Notes: generated by a model not told the origin, from the letters alone. 64,000 nt of DNA from Candidatus Zhuqueibacterota bacterium (GCA_049322915.1 JBMOPW010000019.1:1-64000); one strand, 5' to 3'. Counted from the stretch's first letter, positions 18,761 to 29,011 are shown. Program-made: numbers and translations.

Positions 18761-19810
18761 GTGAGATCAGGACTAATTTTGCTGATTGGCCTCGTTCTGT
18801 TAGTAAGCTGCGGTGATCCCGGCGCTGATTCCAGCACCGAAATTGCCGTGCCGGTTTCTGTCGAGGAAGTGCAATATAAACCCATCGAAGAATTCATCGC
18901 CACGACAGGGACTGTCTACGCCATGAAAGAGGCGACGATAACCTCGGAAACTTCAGGCTATTACCGACTGGCCAACAATCCGCGGACAAAACGACCATTC
19001 GCCCTGGGCGATGCGGTGAACAGGAACGAGGTAGTGATTTATCTGGACAATCCGGAATATGAAAACACGACGCGGATCGAATCCCAGAAATTGAACCTGG
19101 ATATTTCCAAAAGCGAATTCGAGAAGCAGAAATCCCTGTTCGATAAAGGCGGCGTCACATTTCGTGAAATGAAGAATGCGGAAAAAACCTATATCGATGC
19201 GCAATACAGCTACGACAATGCCGTCATTCAATTGGCCAAGCTGAAAATAACCGCCCCGTTCGAAGGCATCATCATTGATATTCCCTACTTCACGCAGGGC
19301 ACGAAGGTCGCAGCGAATCAGACTATGCTTCAGGTGATGAACTATCAGCAATTATGGATGGACGTCAGCTTGCCGGGAAAAGAACTGGGCCGCATTCGCG
19401 TCGGCAATAGTGTGCGCGTCATGAATTACACGCTGCCAGACGATACGTTGAAGGGGCAAATCACCCAGACTTCACCAGCGTTAGACCCGAACACCCGGGC
19501 GTTCAAAGCTAGCCTGAGCATCGATAATGCCGGCCTGCTGCTTCGTCCGGGCATGTTCGTGAAAAGCGAAATTATCGTGGCGAGTAAGGACAGCGCCATT
19601 GTGATCCCCAAAGACATTATCCTGTCCAAACGCCGCGGCAAGACGGTGTTCATCGTTGAAAAAGGCGCTGCTGAAGAACGCGCAATCAGCACCGGTCTGG
19701 AAAATCCGGAATTTGTTGAAGTGACCGAAGGGCTCAAAGTGGATGAGCGACTTGTGATTAAAGGCTTTGAAACGCTTCGCAACCGGTCCAAGGTGAAAAT
19801 CATCCGGTAA
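18761..19810 (+). CDS. RND periplasmic adaptor (MFP), lipoprotein
   Basis: GGAG then GTG at 18761; lipobox LVSC; ITAPFEGII, PALDPNTR, LRPGMFV, VEVTEGL. Confidence 0.93.
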   Translation: MRSGLILLIGLVLLVSCGDPGADSSTEIAVPVSVEEVQYKPIEEFIATTGTVYAMKEATITSETSGYYRLANNPRTKRPFALGDAVNRNEVVIYLDNPEYENTTRIESQKLNLDISKSEFEKQKSLFDKGGVTFREMKNAEKTYIDAQYSYDNAVIQLAKLKITAPFEGIIIDIPYFTQGTKVAANQTMLQVMNYQQLWMDVSLPGKELGRIRVGNSVRVMNYTLPDDTLKGQITQTSPALDPNTRAFKASLSIDNAGLLLRPGMFVKSEIIVASKDSAIVIPKDIILSKRRGKTVFIVEKGAAEERAISTGLENPEFVEVTEGLKVDERLVIKGFETLRNRSKVKIIR

Positions 19811-19934
19811 TGGCGGTGGAAATTATTGCCCCATGATTGTCCGTGGCGACCGCTTCGTCCGAACGGATCTGATATCGGGCGCAACGTTGCCGGATTAACG
19901 CCTTGAAATGTGATCAAATAATATTACTTTCAGG

Positions 19935-20129
19935 ATTTATGAGTCCACTCTAAAAAGGGACTGAAGTCCCAAAATCAGAGGTGAATTTCTGTTCCCCGAC
20001 TTAAAAGTCGGGGCTATTCAAGGTATCTAACTTTTTTTCGATGAATTTCCACATCATTTATGACGTGGAAAATAGATCATAACCAACGTATCAAAGCCTT
20101 TTAAGGCTTATTAGAGTCGACCCATTTAT
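19935..20129. mobile_element. 183-bp MITE-like element (19941-20123) with four internal hairpins
   Basis: TIR gagtccactctaa/ttagagtcgaccc (11/13); flanking atttat duplication; hairpins at 19957-19970, 19994-20013, 20046-20071 and 20094-20109. Confidence 0.7.
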
Positions 20130-20143
20130 AAATAGAAAACACT

Positions 20144-23100
20144 ATGAGAAAACTAACAGAATTTTCAGTCAATTATCCGGTTACCATATTGATGCTCGTC
20201 CTGGCCGTATTGCTGCTTGGCTTCATTTCTTTCGAAAAGCTGGGGATCGATCTATTTCCGGATTTGAATAATCCCCGCATCTTCGTCGAACTGAAAGCCG
20301 GCGAACGTCCGCCGGATGAAATAGAGAGCCAATTCGTCGAGCGGATCGAATCGCTGGCCATTCGGCAAAAAAAAGTCATTCAAGTCTCCTCCATCATCCG
20401 CGTGGGCACGGCCCAGATTACGGTTGAATACGGCTGGGACGCCGATATGGACGAGGCTTTCCTTGACCTGCAAAAAACGCTGACCAGCTTCGGCCAGAAC
20501 GCCGAGATCGACGAAATGATCATTTCACAGCACGATCCAAATGCTTCGCCGGTGATGTTGTTAGGCCTTTCCAATGAGCAAATCACCGATATGGATGAAT
20601 TGCGCCGCGTTGCTGAAAACTACCTCCGCAACGAGCTCATCCGGCTCGAGGGAATCGCTGAAGTTGAGTTGCTGGGCCAGGAAGAAAAAGAAGTCGTGAT
20701 TGAGACCAACAATTATCTGATGGAAGCTTACGGTCTGACTCCGGCGACCATTGCCAACCGCATCCGAAATTACAATCGGAATTCGTCCGGCGGATCGATT
20801 GTCGAAATGGGATTGAAATATGTCATTAAAGGTGTCGGTGAATTTCAGTCGCTGGACGATATCGGGAATGTCATTGTCGCCTATAAAACGCACCAAAGCG
20901 CAACCGCCACTGGAACAGCGGTAGATCAGGTGAGCCAGCGCGTGCCGGTCTATTTGAAAGATGTGGCCACGCTGAGTTTAAAAAACAAAGACCCGGAAAA
21001 TATTGTCCGAATCAATTCGACGCGGTGTATGGGGCTGGCCATTTACAAGGAGACCAAATTCAATACAGTCAAAGCAGTCGACGATCTGCTCAATGCGCTC
21101 GAAGAGCTGCGCAAGGCATTGCCCGGCTACTCCATCACGGTGATACAGAATCAGGGTGAGTTCATCAAACAGGCAGTGGATGAAGTGAAGCAGACAGCCC
21201 TCATCGGCGCGCTTCTCGCTGTAGTTGTCCTGTTTATCTTTCTGCGCCGAATTGGCGTCACCACCATCATCAGTGTCGCCATTCCCATTTCGGTAATTGC
21301 CACATTCAATCTCATGTTTTTCAAAGGGCTCACCATTAATGTCATGACATTGGGAGGGTTGGCGCTCGGCGCCGGCATGTTGGTGGACAATGCCATTGTA
21401 GTCATGGAAAATATATTTCAAAAACTGGAGTCCGGCCATTCGCTCCGGGAAGCATCCGTACTTGGGACGAGTCAGGTAGCTACAGCCATCACGTCTTCAA
21501 CCATCACGACGATCGTGGTCTTTCTGCCGATTGTGTACCTTCATGGCTCGGCTGGCGAGTTGTTCAAAGATCAGGCCTGGACCGTGGCGTTCTCGCTTTT
21601 GTCCTCGCTGGTGGTCGCCATCCTGGTAATCCCCATGCTGAGTTCCCGCTTTCTAAAAGGTTTTGCTGCCAGAGAGGAGCAAAAAATTGCCTCACTAAGA
21701 TTTCTCTGGTACAGATCGTTTCTATCGCGCGTGCTTGATCGGCGCTGGACTGTCATTTCAGTCGCAGTGGTACTCATTGTCGCTGCGGTTCTGTTAATAC
21801 CGATCATCGGGAGCGAATTCGTCCCCAGAACCGATCTGAACGAATTCTCCATCGAAATGACTCTGCCTGAAGGCACGGAGCTGGCTCGGACGGAGCAGAC
21901 CGTTGATAATATCGAAAACATTGTCCGCAGCATTCTGGGCGATGAGATTCACACGATTTACAGCCAGATCGGCCCTACAACCGATTTGACCGTCGACGCC
22001 AATGCCGTTTTTGAAGATGAAAATACGGCCACGACAAAAATAATCCTCAAGCCGGATCACAAAATTTCATCGCAACAAGTCATCGCGCAGATAGGCCGGG
22101 CGCTGGAGGATATTCCGGATCTGGAAACGCAATTCATCCAGGAGCAATCCGCGCTGCAGACCACTCTGGGCACCGAGGTCGCCCCCATCCTGGTCGAAAT
22201 CAAAGGTGACGAGATGGAGGTAATTCAGCAACTGACCGAACAGGTGAAGCAAAAAATGCTGGAGATGGCGGACCTGTTCAATGTGGAAAGCAGTTTTGAT
22301 GAAGGGCGCCCGGAAATTGACATAAAGCTCGACCGCGTCCAGGCCGGCATTTACAATCTCAATATTGAGTCAATCACCTCCGAACTGGAAGCGCAACTGG
22401 CCGGCACTACAGCCGGTCAATGGGAAAACGAAGGCGAACTGCAGGACATTACCATCAAGGTGCCGGACATCAGCGTGGGGCAGATAGACGATATTGTCAT
22501 CAACAGCGGCGAGCAGAAAATACGGCTGGATGAAATCGCCACTATCCAATTGACTTCTGCGCCAAAGGAAATTAAGCGCAAAAATCAGGTGCGAATTGGC
22601 ACTATCTCGGCCCATTTAAAAACCAAAAAGCCATTTGACCATGTTGTCAGCCAGATTAAAAAGCAGTTGCAGCAAATTGATTTTCCAGCGGATTACAAAT
22701 TCGAGATAACCGGTGAAGAGCAAAAACGCCAGGAATCATTTTCCAATTTGAAGTTCGCTCTGATCCTTTCCATCATTCTCGTATACATGGTATTGGCTTC
22801 GCAATTCGAATCGTTGCTGCACCCATTCACCATCATCCTCACCATTCCACTGGCAATTGTGGGGACGATTTTCCTGTTCTTCTTCACAGGCCAGACGTTC
22901 AACATGATGGCCTATACCGGCATTATCATGTTGGGTGGCATTGCAGTGAACAACTCCATCCTGCTCGTCGATGCCATCACCCAATTGAGGCAGGAAGGTT
23001 TCGCGCTGCGGGATTCCATTGTTGAAGCCGGACAGCGTCGCATTCGCCCGATTCTCATGACGAGTCTCACGACCATTTTGGCAATGCTGCCGCTAACGTT

Positions 23101-23239
23101 CGGTTTCGGAGAAGGCGCGGCCTTGCGCTCGCCTATGGCAATTGCCGTTGTCGGTGGGTTGGTGACATCGACGCTGATGTCGCTGATTTTTATTCCCTGC
23201 GTTTACTATGTTGTCGAACTGTGGCGTGGAACAAAATAG
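20144..23239 (+). CDS. RND efflux permease (AcrB/MdtB-like)
   Basis: 1031 aa, 12-TM layout; GMLVDNAIVVMEN, LASQFES..HP, RIRPILMT, PMAIAVVGG. Confidence 0.96.
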   Translation: MRKLTEFSVNYPVTILMLVLAVLLLGFISFEKLGIDLFPDLNNPRIFVELKAGERPPDEIESQFVERIESLAIRQKKVIQVSSIIRVGTAQITVEYGWDADMDEAFLDLQKTLTSFGQNAEIDEMIISQHDPNASPVMLLGLSNEQITDMDELRRVAENYLRNELIRLEGIAEVELLGQEEKEVVIETNNYLMEAYGLTPATIANRIRNYNRNSSGGSIVEMGLKYVIKGVGEFQSLDDIGNVIVAYKTHQSATATGTAVDQVSQRVPVYLKDVATLSLKNKDPENIVRINSTRCMGLAIYKETKFNTVKAVDDLLNALEELRKALPGYSITVIQNQGEFIKQAVDEVKQTALIGALLAVVVLFIFLRRIGVTTIISVAIPISVIATFNLMFFKGLTINVMTLGGLALGAGMLVDNAIVVMENIFQKLESGHSLREASVLGTSQVATAITSSTITTIVVFLPIVYLHGSAGELFKDQAWTVAFSLLSSLVVAILVIPMLSSRFLKGFAAREEQKIASLRFLWYRSFLSRVLDRRWTVISVAVVLIVAAVLLIPIIGSEFVPRTDLNEFSIEMTLPEGTELARTEQTVDNIENIVRSILGDEIHTIYSQIGPTTDLTVDANAVFEDENTATTKIILKPDHKISSQQVIAQIGRALEDIPDLETQFIQEQSALQTTLGTEVAPILVEIKGDEMEVIQQLTEQVKQKMLEMADLFNVESSFDEGRPEIDIKLDRVQAGIYNLNIESITSELEAQLAGTTAGQWENEGELQDITIKVPDISVGQIDDIVINSGEQKIRLDEIATIQLTSAPKEIKRKNQVRIGTISAHLKTKKPFDHVVSQIKKQLQQIDFPADYKFEITGEEQKRQESFSNLKFALILSIILVYMVLASQFESLLHPFTIILTIPLAIVGTIFLFFFTGQTFNMMAYTGIIMLGGIAVNNSILLVDAITQLRQEGFALRDSIVEAGQRRIRPILMTSLTTILAMLPLTFGFGEGAALRSPMAIAVVGGLVTSTLMSLIFIPCVYYVVELWRGTK

Positions 23240-23405
23240 CCTGATTCTGTGAATCTCAGTCGCCTGTGACGTTTCGTGAAAAACGAGTTGCAACGGCTTG
23301 AAAACGGGACTGATACACGGAGCGGTTGAAGTTTCAAAAATCGTCGGATTTGCGATTGCTTCGGTCTCTTTACATTGAACATATTTTGAAGGTAAAATTC
23401 GATTT

Positions 23406-26400
23406 ATGAATATTATCCAGTTTGCTATCAAACGAAAAACATTCATCAGCATGCTTTTCATCATGCTTTGCTTATTGGGATATGTTTCCTACAAGCAGTT
23501 GCCGGTGGAACTATTTCCCAGTGCGGATTTGCCCTTTCTGATTGTCCAGGTTACCGGCATGAGGGAGATGGATCCGGATTACATGGAGAAACAGGCCGTC
23601 ATCCCGCTGGAGGGCGCCATTTCGACGCTGGAGGGAATTGATCAAATTGAATCCACGGTTAATTCCCGGAATTGTATGATCACGGTATCCTACAATCAGA
23701 ACGTGAAAATTAAATATGCCTATTTGCGCTTGCAGGAAAAAGTGAACACTGTGAAGAGCACGCTGGGCGATGAATTTTCCGTGAATGTCGTCAAGATTGA
23801 CACCGAGCTGCTGGCCAATATGTTCATGTCATTGCAGGTTCGCGGCGAAGGAGGAGTCGATCGGGTGCGGCAGATCGCTGACAAAGAGATTGTCCAGGAG
23901 CTGGAAAATATCGACGGTATCGCCAATGTGGAAATTTTCGGCGGTCGCGCGAAATCCGTGGAAATTATTCTTAATGAAGAAGCCTGCCGCGCTCACCGGA
24001 TCACTGCGGCTCAGATACAATCGCTGATTGCCAGCAACAACAGCAGCAAAACCTATCTGGGTCAGGTGTACGATAAAAACAAACACTACGTTGTGAACCT
24101 CGTGGCCGATTATACCGATGTCCATGACCTGGAAAATATCGTCATCAACCGCACCGGCCCGGTCCTCCTCAAAGACATTGCCGATGTGTTCGTCGGTTCG
24201 AAAGAAGAAGAATCCCTGAGCCGGGTCAATGGGAAAGAGGCGATTACAGTTCAGTTGGTTCGGGATACCCAGGTGAATCTGATTGAACTGTCGCACACTA
24301 CGCGCGCGGCCATTGATCGGCTGAATGAAGAACTGGCGCCGCAAGGCATCGAGATTGTGATTCAGAGCGATACAGCCGAGGACATGGAGCGGAACATCGA
24401 CCTGATCAAGGAATTGGCGCTGATTGGCGGTCTGCTGGCCATTATGATTCTATATTTTTTCCTGCGTCATTTGCAACTGGTAATTGTCATTGCCTTTGCA
24501 ATTCCAATCTCCGTATTCACCGCATTTAATTTCTTCTACGCATACGACATCACACTCAACAGCCTCACGCTTGTCGGACTTGCACTGGCTGTTGGGATGC
24601 TGCTGGATAACAGCGTCGTCGTGCTTGAAAATATCTACCGCCTCACGGCAGCCAATAAGGATCCGGATACGGCTGTGGTCCAAGGCACCAATCAGGTCTG
24701 GCGGTCTATTTTCGCCTCGACGCTGTCCACAGTGACGGTCTTTCTGCCGTTCATTTTTTCCAATGAATATATTGTCAGGACTATTGGTCTTCACGTGGGT
24801 GTTTCCATTATCTCCACGCTGATCGTCTCCTTTTTTGTCGCGTTGTTGCTCATCCCGGTTGCCACGCACTGGTTCCTGACCCGGAAGAAAAATGTGAACC
24901 TGGAGAGCCTGAACTTCAATGTGGTCTCCGCCAAGAATCGACTGATTCAGATCTACCGCGTGTTCTTGAAGTCCACCATCCGTTTCCCGGCGCGGACAAT
25001 TTTAGGGGCATGGATATTCTTTTTCCTCAGCATCATTCTGTGTTTCGCGCTGAGTTTGAATGTGTCTCGTGAAGCCGAATTGAAGGATTTCAACCTCTAC
25101 GTGACAATGCCCAGCGGCGCCACGCTCGACGCCACGGACGCAGTCACCGCAGAGTTGGAAGAGCGTCTCGCCGACATCAAAGAGAAGCAGGATGTTGTCA
25201 GCCAGATTTACGAAGAAGAGGCCATCCTCAATGTCAAGCTAAAAGACGACTACGAGAAAATCGACGGCCGCACCATTGCCCAGGTGAAAAGTGAGATACA
25301 AAATCGGCTGAACGACTTCCACGCTGCCGAGGTGAGTTTTGAGCAGCCCACAGCCAGCCGGCGTTTTGGCGGTGGCAGATCCGGCGGCGGTAACCAGGCC
25401 ATGCGAATGGAGCGAATGCTGGGTATCGGCGCGCAGACAGAGACGATCAAAATCAAAGGCCGGGATTTCGACATGATGCGGAATGTCGCCGAAGAAATTC
25501 GCTATTATCTGGAAGACCTGTCTTCCATGCGGCGCGTGAATTTGAACATCGCCGACAATCGGCCGGAAATACACCTGTTGTTCGATACGGAACTGATGAG
25601 TCATTACGATGTGCCGATTTCATCCATCACATCCGAATTGGCCGGCTTCCAAAACGAGTTCACGTCCGGCATGACCTACAAACAGGGGACCGATGAATAC
25701 GACATCGTAATCCGAAATGAAAATCTCGAAGATAAAACCATCAATGATTTGAAAACGCTTCGCATCCAGTCTCAATCGGAGGGGCTGTTCGAGCTGGATC
25801 AATTGAGCCGCATCGTCTACTCTTTCGGACTGTCAGGCATCAATCGCATCAATCAGGAAAAAGAGATCGAAGTGACTTTCCAATTCCTCGACGAAGTGAA
25901 TGAATCCAAATCCGTGCTGGAAAAGTCGCGGATGGAAGTCGATCAAATCATCGCCAATATGCAAATCCCGGCTGGCATTGCTGTCGAAATTATACACGAA
26001 GACACCTCCGAATTGCAGGAATTCTATTTCCTCATCGCTGCGGCTTTCATTCTGATCTACATGATCCTCGCCTCAGTGTTCGAATCGCTGGCAACGCCGG
26101 TGGTGATGATGTTCACCATTCCACTGGCAGCCATCGGCTCGTTCTGGGCGCTGATTCTGACCGGGAACTCCCTCATCAACGTCAATTCCCTGATCGGATT
26201 TTTAATTCTGCTGGGGCTGGTCGTCAATAATGGTATCATCCTCATCGACTATACCCGCATACTGCGAAACCAGGGCTACGATCGGTCTCGCGCGCTCATC
26301 ATGGCTGGCCAGGCGCGGGTGCGACCTATTTTAATCACCAGTATCACCACCATCATCGCCATGCTGCCCCTGGCGCTGGGAAAAGCCGAGTATGTGACGC

Positions 26401-28133
26401 AGATTGGCGCTCCCTTCGCCATCACAGTGATTGGCGGCCTGTCGCTCAGCACGCTGTTCACGCTGGTGTTCATTCCGACCTTTTACTCCGGTTTCGAAAG
26501 TTCGCTCATCTGGCTGAACCAATTGAACTGGAAAACCAAAGCAATCCAGATTTTCGTTTTCGCCGCTGGTTCTGCGCTCATTTACTACAACATTGATAGC
26601 CTCATCTGGCGTTTCATCACCCTGTTTGCCATTATCGTTTTAATTCCCGGCACCACCTATTTCATCATGACCAGCTTGCGTCAGGCCAGGGCCGACTATA
26701 TCAAGCCGACTGAATCGCTGCGCATTACGATCAAACACGTCGTTAAAATTTATGAAGATAGCTCCCGGTTTGTCAAGGAATGGAACAAAGGACACATCAT
26801 TCAGGAGCACGCCGGGCTCACAAAGAAATACACCTCGTGGCGGGACCTGGATTCGCTCGTCTGGCAAATTCCTGTCATCGGGTTTCTGATTTATTTCACC
26901 TATTTTTATCAGCGCAATTTTTTCTGGGCATTGGTCTTCTCCAGCGGCATTTACTTTTTGGCCCTTGTCGCCTGGCGTCCCGTGCTATTGTATTTCCAGA
27001 ACACGCGCGACCCCAACGCCCGTTCGTTCCGAATGAAACTGATTGACCTGCTGCAGCCGCTCTTCTTCTGGGGCTTCCCGGCAGTCAATTTAATTATCTA
27101 TTACCTGAAATGGAAAAATCTGGCGATTGTCATTTTCCTCGCCGTGGTCTGGTATCTGGCGCTATCTATTTACACTACATCGAATCAGCTCCACAAGCAC
27201 AAAGTGAACATCATGCGACTCACGGGCCGATTCGCCGGACTGCGCCGGGCCTTCTACCAGTTTGTTCAGATCATCCCGGTCATTGGCAAAAAGAAAACGC
27301 CTTTCCGCGCGCTGGATGGTGTGTCGTTAGAAATTGGCAGCGGCATGTTCGGTCTGCTGGGACCCAATGGCGCCGGCAAAACAACCCTGATGCGAATCAT
27401 CTGCGGCATCCTCGAACAAACGCGCGGGACCATCTGGATCAACGATATCGATTTGAAAGACAAACGGGAAGAGTTACAGGGACTGATCGGGTATCTGCCA
27501 CAGGAGTTCGGGACATACGAGAACATGACCGCGTTCGAATTTCTGAATTATCAGGCTATTCTCAAAAATATTTATGACAAAGAGGAACGGGAAAAACGAG
27601 TCGATTTCTGCATCAATTCTGTGCATCTTGAAAAGAATAAAAATCAAAAAATCGGCTCATTCTCCGGCGGCATGAAACAGCGAATTGGCATTGCCCAGAC
27701 GCTGCTGCACCTGCCCCGCATTTTAGTCGTGGATGAGCCAACTGCCGGACTGGACCCGCGCGAGCGAATTCGTTTCAGAAATCTGCTTGTGGAATTGAGC
27801 CGGGAGCGCATTGTCATTTTCTCGACGCACATCATCGAAGATATCTCCAGTTCATGCAATAAAGTCGCTGTGCTCAACCGGGGAAAACTCTGCTATCTGG
27901 GCGATCCCCAGGAGATGACCAAGAGCGCGGAAGGCTTCGTCTGGCAGTTTCACATCGCCACAAAAGAGTTCGAGGAGCGGCAAAAGGACCTCTGGATTGT
28001 CCATCACATGCGCGATGGAGAGAGTATCCGCGTGCGGTGTCTGTCCGGCAGCAAGCCTGATCCGGAAGCCCAGGAAGTGCGTCCGACCCTGGAAGACGCC
28101 TATCTCTGGCTGTTGCGAAAGTCAAGTAGTTAA
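23406..28133 (+). CDS. RND permease fused to extra TM helices and an ABC ATPase domain
   Basis: Continuous 1575-aa ORF: aa 1 to ~1030 RND (GMLLDNSVVVLEN, RVRPILIT); C-terminal NBD with GPNGAGKT, FSGGM, LVVDEPT, STH. Confidence 0.93.
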   Translation: MNIIQFAIKRKTFISMLFIMLCLLGYVSYKQLPVELFPSADLPFLIVQVTGMREMDPDYMEKQAVIPLEGAISTLEGIDQIESTVNSRNCMITVSYNQNVKIKYAYLRLQEKVNTVKSTLGDEFSVNVVKIDTELLANMFMSLQVRGEGGVDRVRQIADKEIVQELENIDGIANVEIFGGRAKSVEIILNEEACRAHRITAAQIQSLIASNNSSKTYLGQVYDKNKHYVVNLVADYTDVHDLENIVINRTGPVLLKDIADVFVGSKEEESLSRVNGKEAITVQLVRDTQVNLIELSHTTRAAIDRLNEELAPQGIEIVIQSDTAEDMERNIDLIKELALIGGLLAIMILYFFLRHLQLVIVIAFAIPISVFTAFNFFYAYDITLNSLTLVGLALAVGMLLDNSVVVLENIYRLTAANKDPDTAVVQGTNQVWRSIFASTLSTVTVFLPFIFSNEYIVRTIGLHVGVSIISTLIVSFFVALLLIPVATHWFLTRKKNVNLESLNFNVVSAKNRLIQIYRVFLKSTIRFPARTILGAWIFFFLSIILCFALSLNVSREAELKDFNLYVTMPSGATLDATDAVTAELEERLADIKEKQDVVSQIYEEEAILNVKLKDDYEKIDGRTIAQVKSEIQNRLNDFHAAEVSFEQPTASRRFGGGRSGGGNQAMRMERMLGIGAQTETIKIKGRDFDMMRNVAEEIRYYLEDLSSMRRVNLNIADNRPEIHLLFDTELMSHYDVPISSITSELAGFQNEFTSGMTYKQGTDEYDIVIRNENLEDKTINDLKTLRIQSQSEGLFELDQLSRIVYSFGLSGINRINQEKEIEVTFQFLDEVNESKSVLEKSRMEVDQIIANMQIPAGIAVEIIHEDTSELQEFYFLIAAAFILIYMILASVFESLATPVVMMFTIPLAAIGSFWALILTGNSLINVNSLIGFLILLGLVVNNGIILIDYTRILRNQGYDRSRALIMAGQARVRPILITSITTIIAMLPLALGKAEYVTQIGAPFAITVIGGLSLSTLFTLVFIPTFYSGFESSLIWLNQLNWKTKAIQIFVFAAGSALIYYNIDSLIWRFITLFAIIVLIPGTTYFIMTSLRQARADYIKPTESLRITIKHVVKIYEDSSRFVKEWNKGHIIQEHAGLTKKYTSWRDLDSLVWQIPVIGFLIYFTYFYQRNFFWALVFSSGIYFLALVAWRPVLLYFQNTRDPNARSFRMKLIDLLQPLFFWGFPAVNLIIYYLKWKNLAIVIFLAVVWYLALSIYTTSNQLHKHKVNIMRLTGRFAGLRRAFYQFVQIIPVIGKKKTPFRALDGVSLEIGSGMFGLLGPNGAGKTTLMRIICGILEQTRGTIWINDIDLKDKREELQGLIGYLPQEFGTYENMTAFEFLNYQAILKNIYDKEEREKRVDFCINSVHLEKNKNQKIGSFSGGMKQRIGIAQTLLHLPRILVVDEPTAGLDPRERIRFRNLLVELSRERIVIFSTHIIEDISSSCNKVAVLNRGKLCYLGDPQEMTKSAEGFVWQFHIATKEFEERQKDLWIVHHMRDGESIRVRCLSGSKPDPEAQEVRPTLEDAYLWLLRKSSS

Positions 28134-28172
28134 ATGAACCTGTATGTCTCATGAACAAACCGGGCATTTTTT

Positions 28173-28895
28173 ATGGACTTAAAAACAAAACTTTTAAACA
28201 TCTTCGATCTGTTGTCAAAACTGATTCGCTATAATCTGAAAATCATTTTCGCCAACAAATTCATTTACATGCTGCTCTCGGCGTTGGCGATTTTCATCCT
28301 GGTGACAGTCATCATGCTGTTCGATGAAAATTCCAATCCCGATGTCGGCTCGGTGTACTACTTGCTCCTCGTGCCGGGGCTGCTGCTCATTTTCTACCCG
28401 ACCACGTTCGGCATCCAGAATGACGTGGACGCCCGCATGCTGGAAATACTGTTTGGGATTCCGAACTACCGCTATAAAATCTGGCTGGTTCGCGTGATCA
28501 TCATTTACATTGGCGTCTTTTTCATCCTGCTTCTGCTGGGCATACTCAGCTCGATTGCCCTCACGTCGATCCCGATTTTCTCGATGGTGGTTCAACTCAT
28601 GTTCCCGATCTTCTTTTTGGGCAGCCTGGCGTTTTTATTTTCGACGCTGATCCGCAATGGGTACGGAACCGCAGTGGTGATCATCATCATCGGCCTCGTC
28701 TTCTGGATCGCCGGCGGGATTTTATCCAACACAAAATGGAATATCTTTCTCAATCCATTCGACATTCCCTCCGATGTCAATGAAGTGATCTGGCAGAATA
28801 TTACAACCAACAATCGGATCATTCTGCTCGTCGGGACTGTGGTCGCAATTTTATGGGGTTTGCTGAATCTGCAGAAGCGGGAGAAGTTTGTGTAA
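28173..28895 (+). CDS. ABC-2-type permease (6 TM)
   Basis: Six hydrophobic segments; coupling-helix-like NDVDARMLEILFGIP; FLFSTLIRNG; FLNPF. Confidence 0.75.
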   Translation: MDLKTKLLNIFDLLSKLIRYNLKIIFANKFIYMLLSALAIFILVTVIMLFDENSNPDVGSVYYLLLVPGLLLIFYPTTFGIQNDVDARMLEILFGIPNYRYKIWLVRVIIIYIGVFFILLLLGILSSIALTSIPIFSMVVQLMFPIFFLGSLAFLFSTLIRNGYGTAVVIIIIGLVFWIAGGILSNTKWNIFLNPFDIPSDVNEVIWQNITTNNRIILLVGTVVAILWGLLNLQKREKFV

Positions 28896-28977
28896 GCAGG
28901 CACATAAAATTTTAGCATGACTGCCGACTGCACAGGTTGTCGTCCAATGCTCTTAAAATATGGTTTTTGAAAATTTC

Positions 28978-29011
28978 AAACGCTGATTGGCAGGGAGCTA
29001 ATCAGCGTTTT
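28978..29011 (+). terminator. Intrinsic terminator closing the ABC/RND operon
   Basis: aaacgctgatt/aatcagcgttt stem ending in a T run. Confidence 0.65.

Noticed and set aside
26490..27310. RND-ABC fusion as a chance read-through of two separate genes
   Set aside because: The frame is continuous, there is no obvious ATG plus RBS just before the NBD core, and the linker has ordered TMs plus the NBD's first strand. Read-level confirmation is still advisable.
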